A stretch of 64,000 bases of DNA, from IMG/VR virus record IMGVR_UViG_3300032164_000001; one strand, written 5' to 3'. This DNA is from a virus. The notes beneath the pieces were generated by a model. The model did no database searches and was not told the origin of the DNA. It worked only from the letters and a program-made list of their open reading frames with translations. Positions within the stretch are counted from its first letter, which is position 1; each line of letters opens with the position of its first letter. The position numbers and the translations under genes are program-made. Positions 39,807 through 46,880 of this stretch are shown piece after piece.

Positions 39807-40111
39807 GGATTAACGATGCTAAAGGGACCGGTAAATGACGTAGAACTATCTGAAGCACTGATAGTCGAGTTAATAGAAGTTGCAAGGACTCCAGTCTAAC
39901 AGAAGGAAATGACCAGGATGTGGGTAGGTATCATAGTCGGATTCATGTTGGGTATCTGTATCACGTTACTAACAGGACTTTGGATTGAATACCTCGCAAA
40001 CAGAGAATACTGGCTCTTGAAGTTCTTATTCCCACTTTGGATGTCTAGACGTACATTCAAGAGAGCTGTTATTGAACGTGAGATTTTCGCTATCTTCGGA
40101 GATCCAAAGAG

Positions 40112-40795
40112 ATGACTGACCCTATATGGCAAGAAGCCCACGAAGAATCGATACGTCGACGCACCAGACTACTACGAAGGATGGTTGGTGATGAGATGAA
40201 AAAGTGGTGGTTACTTGTTCAAGGGTCTTTGATGTTTGCGCTTTGTGTTGTACACCTGCATTCGAATCCAATAGCTAATCGCGCATGGTATATCTCTGGG
40301 CTGATTTGCGGTTTCGCATGCCTGGTAATGAGTACAGTGGAATGGCTTAGACCAATAGAAAGAATGTACAAGAAGGCCATATCCAAAGTTCCCTTCACGG
40401 ATGGCGACGCAGTTCACACCGGCCCTTATCGAACTAATGAAGTGCCACTGGCACAGGATGAGCTGGGTGGTGCGTCATCTTGTGATACCATTCTCCGACT
40501 ATTAGAAAGAGAGCCAGCGGAGTCTTTTGCAATAGTAGCCGACGGAGTGAAATTGATTGTATCTCCTAAGTTGGAAATACGAGTCTCTCCTTACTATAGC
40601 AGATTGTCTGTTTGCGATCCCACAAAACACTCAAGCAAACCAGTATGGCGTAGCCTGACTACTACTTATCGCCAAGACAGAAGAGCAAAGAAGATATGGT
40701 CGTGTGTTTCATCACAGTTAGAGACTAAACAACAAGAGGACCTTGCTAAGGCTGTAGCGCAGGAACTGCAATATAAGAGGAAAGGTGAACTATGA
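40112..40795 (+). CDS. Membrane protein, hypothetical
   Basis: Two TM segments; GPYR motif. Confidence 0.55.
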   Translation: MTDPIWQEAHEESIRRRTRLLRRMVGDEMKKWWLLVQGSLMFALCVVHLHSNPIANRAWYISGLICGFACLVMSTVEWLRPIERMYKKAISKVPFTDGDAVHTGPYRTNEVPLAQDELGGASSCDTILRLLEREPAESFAIVADGVKLIVSPKLEIRVSPYYSRLSVCDPTKHSSKPVWRSLTTTYRQDRRAKKIWSCVSSQLETKQQEDLAKAVAQELQYKRKGEL

Positions 40796-41213
40796 TTACA
40801 GGAAACCAAGTTCTGGCTCAATAGGAGTAGTGATGATCAGCTTTGAAGACTTCCGCCTCGCCGACGGCAACATCGACTGGAGAGCCCTTCAGCAGGCAGA
40901 GGTGAAAGCAGGAGAGCGCTGTTATCGATGCTACGCGATGATACGTCCGCTCACGAAGTCAACTGGCGAGCGGCTGTGCTATGACTGCAAACAACTCGAT
41001 GAGGCCAAGACGGAAGAGGTCGAACACCAGAGGCTCATACGTTGTCCGAAGTGCAGTCACCTGTCGGACGTCACGGAATGGGATTGCGACTACGCTGAAG
41101 TGTTCACCGATGGTGAGCACGACGTGCAATGCGATGAATGCCAACACGAGTTCGATATCTCCACGCGCGTGGAGTTCTATTTCACCAGCCCAAAACTAGA
41201 CGGAGGAGGTTGA
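40785..41213 (+). CDS. Multi-CxxC Zn-finger protein
   Basis: CYRC, CYDC, CPKC, CDEC. Confidence 0.65.
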   Translation: MNYDYRKPSSGSIGVVMISFEDFRLADGNIDWRALQQAEVKAGERCYRCYAMIRPLTKSTGERLCYDCKQLDEAKTEEVEHQRLIRCPKCSHLSDVTEWDCDYAEVFTDGEHDVQCDECQHEFDISTRVEFYFTSPKLDGGG

Positions 41214-41596
41214 CAGTGAGCAATTACACTCTGGAAGAATGCCGGAACATGATATCTGGTGCTCTGTTTGACTTCTGCACGTATCTCACTGGCCGCCCTT
41301 GTCACGAAACGCTGCAGGGCAGTGGATTCAAAATCGGGGCTGAGCATGATGTCTATCCAGTGCTGGAGGCGCTCAAGGCGTGGGCGCAGCTGCGCGGGAA
41401 CACCGATGCCTGGCTCGACCATCCAGACGTTCGCGACTGGAATCACATCCTGCTCACCTGTGAGCATCCATCGGCACAAATCGATAGGCTGGCCAAAGTG
41501 ATCCTCAACCTGTGCTCCGAGCGCATCATCGAAGGCAAATCGGCCTGTGATATCGCAACAGACGTCATCAAAGAGCGCTACCATTGAAAGGACAGA

Positions 41597-41818
41597 ATGC
41601 GTTGTACATGTGATGACTTCAGTGACTCCCCATGTCCCGAACACGGATATGGAGAATTCGAATGCGATTGCGGCGTTCGCTTTGGGGCACCACTCGTCGC
41701 CAAGAACCTCATGATCATCGAGTGCCCTAAATGCAAACAGCGGTATGTTGGCGAAGAAGATATGGGTAACGGCTACTGGAGAAACGTCGGTACCGTGCCT
41801 GCCGGGCCCAAGGTATGA
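41597..41818 (+). CDS. Small Cys-rich Zn-ribbon protein
   Basis: CTC..CPEH..CDC..CPKC. Confidence 0.55.
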   Translation: MRCTCDDFSDSPCPEHGYGEFECDCGVRFGAPLVAKNLMIIECPKCKQRYVGEEDMGNGYWRNVGTVPAGPKV

Positions 41819-41828
41819 AGGATATGAG

Positions 41829-42359
41829 ATGAAAACGGTGGTCGGCAACATCTGGAACATCTCCACACGGAATGACGCGATCGTGATCCCCGTGAACGTG
41901 GGATGGCGGGCACGGAACAACAAGGCGGTGATGGGCCGAGGCCTTGCTCGAGAGGCAGTGCGTCGTTGGCCGTGGCTGCAGGACGAATGGGGTATCTACT
42001 GCAAGACGGTGGGTGCGGACGCCGTCCCTCTGGCCTGGCGGACTGACAGCAAGTGGTGTCGATACGTCGTGGCCTTCCCGACGAAGCCGCTGAATGTCGA
42101 AGAGCCCTGGCTCTCATGGAGAAGTGAGTCCTCCCTGAAACTGATTCGTGACATGCTCCCCCATCTCAACACGGTCGCCCTCGCCATTACGAAGTTCGCC
42201 ACGGAGCACGCGGAACCCCTGCCGATGATACTGGTGCCAAGCCTCGGCTGTGGCAACGGTGGCCTGGAGGAGAAGGACGTGCTTCCTCTCATGGAGACAT
42301 TGGCACATCCGAACTTCATCCATGTGCAGTACAACTCGCTTCCCTTCCCTAAAGTGTAA
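41829..42359 (+). CDS. Macro domain (ADP-ribose binding/hydrolase) protein
   Basis: GNIW..IPVN..VMGRGLA..FPTK..W..PSLGCGNGGL. Confidence 0.85.
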   Translation: MKTVVGNIWNISTRNDAIVIPVNVGWRARNNKAVMGRGLAREAVRRWPWLQDEWGIYCKTVGADAVPLAWRTDSKWCRYVVAFPTKPLNVEEPWLSWRSESSLKLIRDMLPHLNTVALAITKFATEHAEPLPMILVPSLGCGNGGLEEKDVLPLMETLAHPNFIHVQYNSLPFPKV

Positions 42360-42360
42360 T

Positions 42361-42900
42361 ATGCGCCAACCTAGCGGCGCGGTGGCCTGTGTCGGTCGCA
42401 GGAAAGAGATGCCACACTCCATGCGTTGCTACCTGGAGTTCATCGGGGCGCACTACGCCGAGATGGGCTTCACGGTGAGCACAGGGAACGCTCCCGGGTC
42501 GGATCAGCTGTTCGCCCTTGGTGCAGGCTGGCAGGATGCAAGCAAGGTAGAGCTCTACCTGCCCTGGCAGACATTCGAGAGGAAGGCGATCCTGGAGGGG
42601 AATCAGATATGGGTTGCCAAAGAGGCCTTGGACATTCATCTCGAGCTGGCGGAGAGTGCAACCAACAACTGGAAGCACAAGTCGGACGCCGTGAAGCTGC
42701 TCCTGATTCGTGACGCCATGATCGTCGTGCGCTGGAACCAACCCGTCGACCTCGTGCTGGCGTATCCAGACTACTCGGTTGCAGGTTGGGGCGGCACTGG
42801 TCACACGATGCGCGTGGCAGGCATGCTGGGAATTCCCGTGTGGCTCATCGACCGAGGAACGTTCTGGTCGATCAACGAGGGCATGCCCACTTCTTCCTGA
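42361..42900 (+). CDS. SLOG-fold (DprA/Smf-like) protein
   Basis: VG.R..STGNAPGSDQ.F..G..YLPW..GGTGHT.RVA..GIPV. Confidence 0.75.
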   Translation: MRQPSGAVACVGRRKEMPHSMRCYLEFIGAHYAEMGFTVSTGNAPGSDQLFALGAGWQDASKVELYLPWQTFERKAILEGNQIWVAKEALDIHLELAESATNNWKHKSDAVKLLLIRDAMIVVRWNQPVDLVLAYPDYSVAGWGGTGHTMRVAGMLGIPVWLIDRGTFWSINEGMPTSS

Positions 42901-42935
42901 ATCCTCAGTTTCTTCTCGACATCGCCCTAGTTTTC

Positions 42936-43010
42936 TTGACACGCAGGCGCAGTTCGGTCTAAAATACGGGCGGCTTGGGTGGGGTAAGGTTATGTATATG
43001 GGGGTTTTCT
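42936..43010 (+). promoter_or_regulatory. Repeat A copy 3
   Basis: TTGACA-18-TAAAAT-ACGGGCGGCTTGGGTGGGGTAAGGTTATGTATATGGGGG. Confidence 0.85.
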
Positions 43011-43089
43011 ACTTGCACATCGAATACATAAGGTCAAGTCTTGAATAAAACAGTGTCGCCCTTTACAGCTTGGTGAAGGGAGCGGTGCA

Positions 43090-43698
43090 ATGACCAAACT
43101 TGCTGGACGACAGATTCCAAGTCTTGACGCATTGCGTGAATTGTTCAAGCTACTCGGAGAGAACGGAACCGCTCTTGAGGAGCGAGACCGCAAGCTGCTC
43201 ATCATCTGGGAGACACGTGCGCGCGAGCGTGTTCTGAACAAGAGCCCGAGCCCGCTGGCTGCACCGCATCGATGGAAACTTCCGGACGAACGGCAGAGTC
43301 TGACGCATCGATTCCAGATGACAGAGGAGAACGGCGGGCCGTTGAAGGCCTATCTGACTTTCGGGATGTACGCCGATGGCAAACTGGGGGAGCTGTTCTG
43401 CAGCATCGCAAAGGAGGGTTCCTTCGTTTCAGGGATCATGGATGCTCTGACGTGCGTCATCTCCATCGGCTTGCAGTACGGTGTGCCCCTTGACATGTTC
43501 ACACAGCGTTTTCGCTACTCGAAGTTTCAACCGGCGGGCATTGTGCAAGGAGCGCCGGAGGCACTGAAGGGTCATGGCTTCTTCAGCTCAATCCTGGACT
43601 ACATCGCGGCGGTCTTGGAACTGCGCTTCCCATCCGGTTTGCTGCATGCCCCCGACGCGCCACATTTGTTGCCCAAACCGTTGGCTTCTACGACCTGA
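43090..43698 (+). CDS. Stand-alone class II ribonucleotide reductase C-terminal (TSCPD-like) domain protein
   Basis: KLPDERQSLTHRF..YLT.G.Y.DG.LGELF..KEGS..SIGLQYGVPL..F.P.G..SSILDYI. Confidence 0.85.
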   Translation: MTKLAGRQIPSLDALRELFKLLGENGTALEERDRKLLIIWETRARERVLNKSPSPLAAPHRWKLPDERQSLTHRFQMTEENGGPLKAYLTFGMYADGKLGELFCSIAKEGSFVSGIMDALTCVISIGLQYGVPLDMFTQRFRYSKFQPAGIVQGAPEALKGHGFFSSILDYIAAVLELRFPSGLLHAPDAPHLLPKPLASTT

Positions 43699-43886
43699 CT
43701 GGAGGACACAGAATGCTCATCTTGATCATGTGCTTGCTACTTGCTCTTTCCGTCATCCTGATCGGCTCACCGGCCTGGAAGAACCCGCCCGTGGGCGTGG
43801 GAATGCTGATCGCCGCAGCCGCAGCGGCCGTCTGCATCTACCAGATGCTTGGCCATCGTTAACAGGCTGCAGGCCTCGTCTGAGGG

Positions 43887-43961
43887 TGCCCGCGGAGGGA
43901 GTCGAACCCCCACCCATCTAGCCTCCTTACGGCGTAGTGCTCACCAATGAGCTACGCGGGC
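43887..43961 (-). ncRNA. Aberrant tRNA-like gene (bulged anticodon stem, loop GTAAGGA)
   Basis: Acceptor GCCCGCG/CGCGGGC, TAGCTCA..GAGC D arm, GGTTCGACTCC T arm. Confidence 0.7.
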
Positions 43962-43965
43962 ACAG

Positions 43966-44041
43966 TGGGGCGGGGAGGAGTTGCACACTCCGACCTCTCT
44001 GCCAACGACGACAGAGCGCTCTACTGCTGAGCTACCGTCCC
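43966..44041 (-). ncRNA. Aberrant tRNA-like gene (extended anticodon stem, non-canonical T loop)
   Basis: GGGACGG/CCGCCCC, TAGCTCAGCAGTAGAGC, CTCTGTC/GGCAGAG, GGAG-TGTGCAA-CTCC. Confidence 0.6.
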
Positions 44042-44062
44042 CGAGCGCTCCCCGCCAGTATG

Positions 44063-44128
44063 TAAACGGGGAGTACGTTAGTGGGCCCATTCCCATAAAC
44101 GGGGAGCACGTTCGTGGGCCCATTTCCA
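44063..44128. repeat. Two tandem 33-bp repeats
   Basis: TAAACGGGGAG(T/C)ACGTT(A/C)GTGGGCCCATT(C/T)CCA x2. Confidence 0.9.
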
Positions 44129-44134
44129 TATTCT

Positions 44135-44602
44135 CTATCTGAGCAGCCTGAGACTGCTCAGGTACTTCTTCAACACGCTCCTTGGAGCTGGCTCGAGGCC
44201 AAGAGCCATGAGCTCACCCCTGTAGGGCTCATCTGATTCGCGGATTTGCTTGTGCCTGATGCCGGCAGCCTGAAGCCTGCTGGAGAGCTGCTCGAGCTCG
44301 GCACTGCCGTTGACAGCGAGAACCACGGCGTAGGTGCCCTCGGGCAAGAGCCCGGGAGAAGACTCGCCGGCGGCGTGCACGGCTTGCACCGCAGCCATAC
44401 CACGGGGCAAGTCATCACGGACTACGACGTAATGGGTTGTCGGATTGACTGGTTCGGTTCTAAGGGCGAGGTCGGCGTTAAGGGTGCATGCCTGACTTCC
44501 TGGTTGATGAGATACTCTAGGGTAAGCACGCTGAGTTGCTCTGTCAAGCGGTCGGCGAGCTCTTCTCTGAACGCAACAATAGCATTGGCGCAACCCCAAC
44601 AC
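44135..44602 (-). CDS. Peptidyl-tRNA hydrolase, PTH2 family (true start uncertain)
   Basis: YVVVRDDL..G..AVQAVHA..VVLAV..EL..IRE.D..ALGLEP..L..LRLL. Confidence 0.8.
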   Translation of the reverse strand: MLGLRQCYCCVQRRARRPLDRATQRAYPRVSHQPGSQACTLNADLALRTEPVNPTTHYVVVRDDLPRGMAAVQAVHAAGESSPGLLPEGTYAVVLAVNGSAELEQLSSRLQAAGIRHKQIRESDEPYRGELMALGLEPAPRSVLKKYLSSLRLLR

Positions 44603-44770
44603 AGGGGCTCGGTCAGGCCGGTTAGATGGCCGGTAGCGGGATGCGATGCTCCCCTACATCTGATGCACGGTACGGACATATCTGCTGCACTGATGGCATG
44701 CTTACCTTATCTATAGCAAGAGATGAAGAAGTGTCAAGTGTGAAGTGAATGATTTCAACGGGTGGATAGC

Positions 44771-44808
44771 GAAATGGCGGCTAACTCGAGGAAATTAGCC
44801 GCCATTTC
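44771..44808. terminator. 14-bp perfect hairpin, probable terminator
   Basis: GAAATGGCGGCTAA-10 nt-TTAGCCGCCATTTC. Confidence 0.7.
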
Positions 44809-44937
44809 TTCAATCGCAATTTACCCGTAAGGAGGACGGGTGTGCATCTACGCTAGTTCACGGCGAGATGCAAGACAGCCAAGAAGTCAGATTAGACCGT
44901 CTGGAGGACAAAATCAAGAACAATTCAGGGATGTGTC

Positions 44938-45759
44938 TTACCTGCGCCAGCCGGATGGTGGCTTGCAGAAACTGGCGCCCGGAAATGCTTGTGGAATCTG
45001 CGCCTTCGGTGCGATGTCAAGATTGACTCCGCGCTTGCGTAGGCCCTCCCTCGAGTCATAGAAGATCTCCAGCACGTCCGCGGGAGCGGTGGTTGCCTTG
45101 ACGAAGCTCACCTCCGAAACACGATGCTCACTGGCCTGGCCAAACCCGGTACCGACGCTCTGCTGAACGAAGTTCACGTTCTCTACATGCTCGCTCTTGA
45201 GTTGATCACCACCGAAGCTGTAGGAGTGACAGCTCGCGTTGTACGCAAAGGTGTCAGGCGCGACGTTCGTCTGGCTCGTACCATATACTGGACTGTGTGA
45301 GGGCGTGTAGTAGTACTGACAAGGCTGGCAGGGAGGATGCGATGTGGTGAGCCGCCAGGTGTGGATGATTGAATCCACGTGCACGTGCTCGTGAAAGACG
45401 GCAAGGCCGATGACGCCCACGTTGCGCGACGTGACTGTCTTCGTGGCATAGGCCTCGGCCAGCTTGGAGAAGATGAACTTGGCCACTTCTTCATTGGAGA
45501 CACGCCAGCCAGGAATGTCGAGGTGAGAGTTGGCCTGGAGCACATAGCCGTTCGAGTTGACACCGGCCAGCTCTCCATCCATCACGGACAGTCCGTCGAC
45601 GGATGGAACGGCTAGGACGCGGGCGTGGCTCCGGTTCAGAATGCGGAGTATGAACTCGCTTCCCTTCCGTCCCTCGATGTAGCACTTGCCTTCGTGTCGC
45701 CACTCACGCACGGACTTGCCATGCACGCGCACCTCGAGCGTGCAGATCCTGCTTTCCAT
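44938..45759 (-). CDS. Conserved hypothetical protein
   Basis: YIEG..RVLAV.SVDGLSV.DG..GYVL..IPGWR..F.F..AYA..NVGVIGLAVF.E; GAGGAG SD. Confidence 0.75.
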   Translation of the reverse strand: MESRICTLEVRVHGKSVREWRHEGKCYIEGRKGSEFILRILNRSHARVLAVPSVDGLSVMDGELAGVNSNGYVLQANSHLDIPGWRVSNEEVAKFIFSKLAEAYATKTVTSRNVGVIGLAVFHEHVHVDSIIHTWRLTTSHPPCQPCQYYYTPSHSPVYGTSQTNVAPDTFAYNASCHSYSFGGDQLKSEHVENVNFVQQSVGTGFGQASEHRVSEVSFVKATTAPADVLEIFYDSREGLRKRGVNLDIAPKAQIPQAFPGASFCKPPSGWRR

Positions 45760-45870
45760 GAATTTTCTCCTCGGTCGTCTTCTGCCAGGCACCACGCCTG
45801 GACTTCATGCGACCACTTTTGCCGTCAACCTTAATCGCCCAGCGAGTCAGCTGTCAAGGCGATTTTTTCA

Positions 45871-45944
45871 TTGACAGGGTAACGGGAATGTACTAAAATA
45901 CGGGCGGCTTGGGTGGGGTAAGGTTATTGTATGTAGGGTTTTCT
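45871..45944 (+). promoter_or_regulatory. Repeat A copy 4
   Basis: TTGACA-17-TAAAAT-ACGGGCGGCTTGGGTGGGGTAAGGTTATTGTATGTAGGG. Confidence 0.85.
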
Positions 45945-46173
45945 GCTTGCCCATCGTCGGAGAAGGGACGTCCATGAAGACGGTGACGATCAGCCTCACA
46001 GCGGGCGCTCTTGATGAGCTCCAGAGCTGGCTCCTCATCAAGCAGGTTGCCGGGCACAACGTTGGCCGTGACTACGACCTGGCGGTTCAAGTGCTGGGGG
46101 CCAAGGACGGCGGGAGGGTGGAACTGGCCGGGCGGGATGAGAATCACATGCACAAAAAAGTAGCATCTAGTTC

Positions 46174-46202
46174 TTGACAGCAGACTCACTCTTTGCTAAA
46201 GT
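46174..46202 (+). promoter_or_regulatory. sigma70-like promoter for the RNA cluster / TROVE-like gene
   Basis: TTGACA-17-TAAAGT. Confidence 0.7.
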
Positions 46203-46240
46203 GGTCACTGTTTGCTGGCTGTACCCGAAAAACTGAATAC

Positions 46241-46441
46241 GCCCCGATAGCCTAACGGTAAAGGCAATTGTAACTTTCCGCTTGTGCACTCGGGTCAGCA
46301 CATGAGCCGCATGAGCCCGTGCAGAGGCGTCGTATTTGCAACATGGCTGGGCACATGCTGTCGCCAGTTGCAGGCTGATCCAATGGCTACAAGCCTACAA
46401 GTCGAGACAATCGATTGGGGGTTCGAATCCCTCTCGGGGCG
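46241..46441 (+). ncRNA. tRNA-scaffold RNA 1: 135-nt structured insert replaces the anticodon loop (Y-RNA-like)
   Basis: Acceptor GCCCCGA/TCGGGGC, D GCCT/AGGC, AC stem ATTGT/ACAAT, T GGGGG-TTCGAAT-CCCTC; insert GCTTGTGC-ACTC-GGGTCAGC..GCTGATCC-AATG-GCTACAAGC. Confidence 0.8.
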
Positions 46442-46480
46442 CCTAAAGGTATGATATAATCGCAGTATTTCGTAAAATCT

Positions 46481-46616
46481 GGAGCGGTAGCCAAAATGGA
46501 AAAGGCACTGGTCAAAGGAACCAGCAAACAGAGCAGCTTCACTACTCGCATCGGATCTCCACCGACGCAATGGGTGCAAGCCTACAAGTATGAAGGTTCG
46601 AATCCTTCCCGCTCCA
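46481..46616 (+). ncRNA. tRNA-scaffold RNA 2: 67-nt variable region carrying the same stem motif
   Basis: Acceptor GGAGCGG/CCGCTCC, AC CTGGT-CAAAGGA-ACCAG, T GAAGG-TTCGAAT-CCTTC; GCTTCACT-ACTC-GC..GC-AATG-GGTGCAAGC. Confidence 0.8.
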
Positions 46617-46666
46617 CTTGGGTCTTCTCGGTTTCCTCGGTCAGGCCTTACTGGGAGGACCCATCA

Positions 46667-46814
46667 AAGTCTTGAGCAACGTGTAATAGGGAGAAGCAGA
46701 CAAGTCAATAGCTCAACGGTAGAGCGCAAGACTAATAATCTTGATGTTATCGGTTCAAATCCGATGTGACGTAGCAAAAAACAGCTTTTCTCACTCGCGC
46801 GTTGCTCAAGACTT
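46667..46814 (+). ncRNA. RNA 3: long stem with AATA/ACTC internal loop enclosing a complete tRNA(AAT)-like cloverleaf (46702-46773)
   Basis: AAGTCTTGAGCAACGTGT-AATA-GGGAGAAGC .. GCTTTTCTC-ACTC-GCGCGTTGCTCAAGACTT; inner GCTC/GAGC, CAAGA-CTAATAA-TCTTG, ATCGG-TTCAAAT-CCGAT. Confidence 0.8.
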
Positions 46815-46830
46815 CTTTCATAGGCTCTTG

Positions 46831-46873
46831 AAATGTCACTCGGTCCTTTGTTGGGCCAATAGCCATTTGGAGG
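46831..46873 (+). promoter_or_regulatory. Leader hairpin with ACTC/AATA loop abutting the Shine-Dalgarno
   Basis: AAATG-TC-ACTC-GGTCC-TTTGTT-GGGCC-AATA-GC-CATTT-GGAGG, 7 nt before ATG 46881. Confidence 0.7.
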
Positions 46874-46880
46874 CCGTTAG

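Noticed and set aside
38600-40800. AT-richer stretch as a mobile element
   Set aside because: No transposase/integrase or terminal repeats; just small accessory ORFs
44063-44128. CRISPR array
   Set aside because: Two abutting 33-bp units with no spacer; no cas genes seen. Repeats A-C are dispersed, not regularly spaced
46272-46406. Group I or bulge-helix-bulge intron in the anticodon loop of RNA1
   Set aside because: Only 135 nt, no recognisable group I core or BHB, and the same module recurs at non-intron positions in RNA2 and RNA3
46481-46616. tRNA-Sec, tRNA-Leu/Ser or tmRNA
   Set aside because: No UCA anticodon, A at position 33, a 67-nt variable region, and no tag ORF
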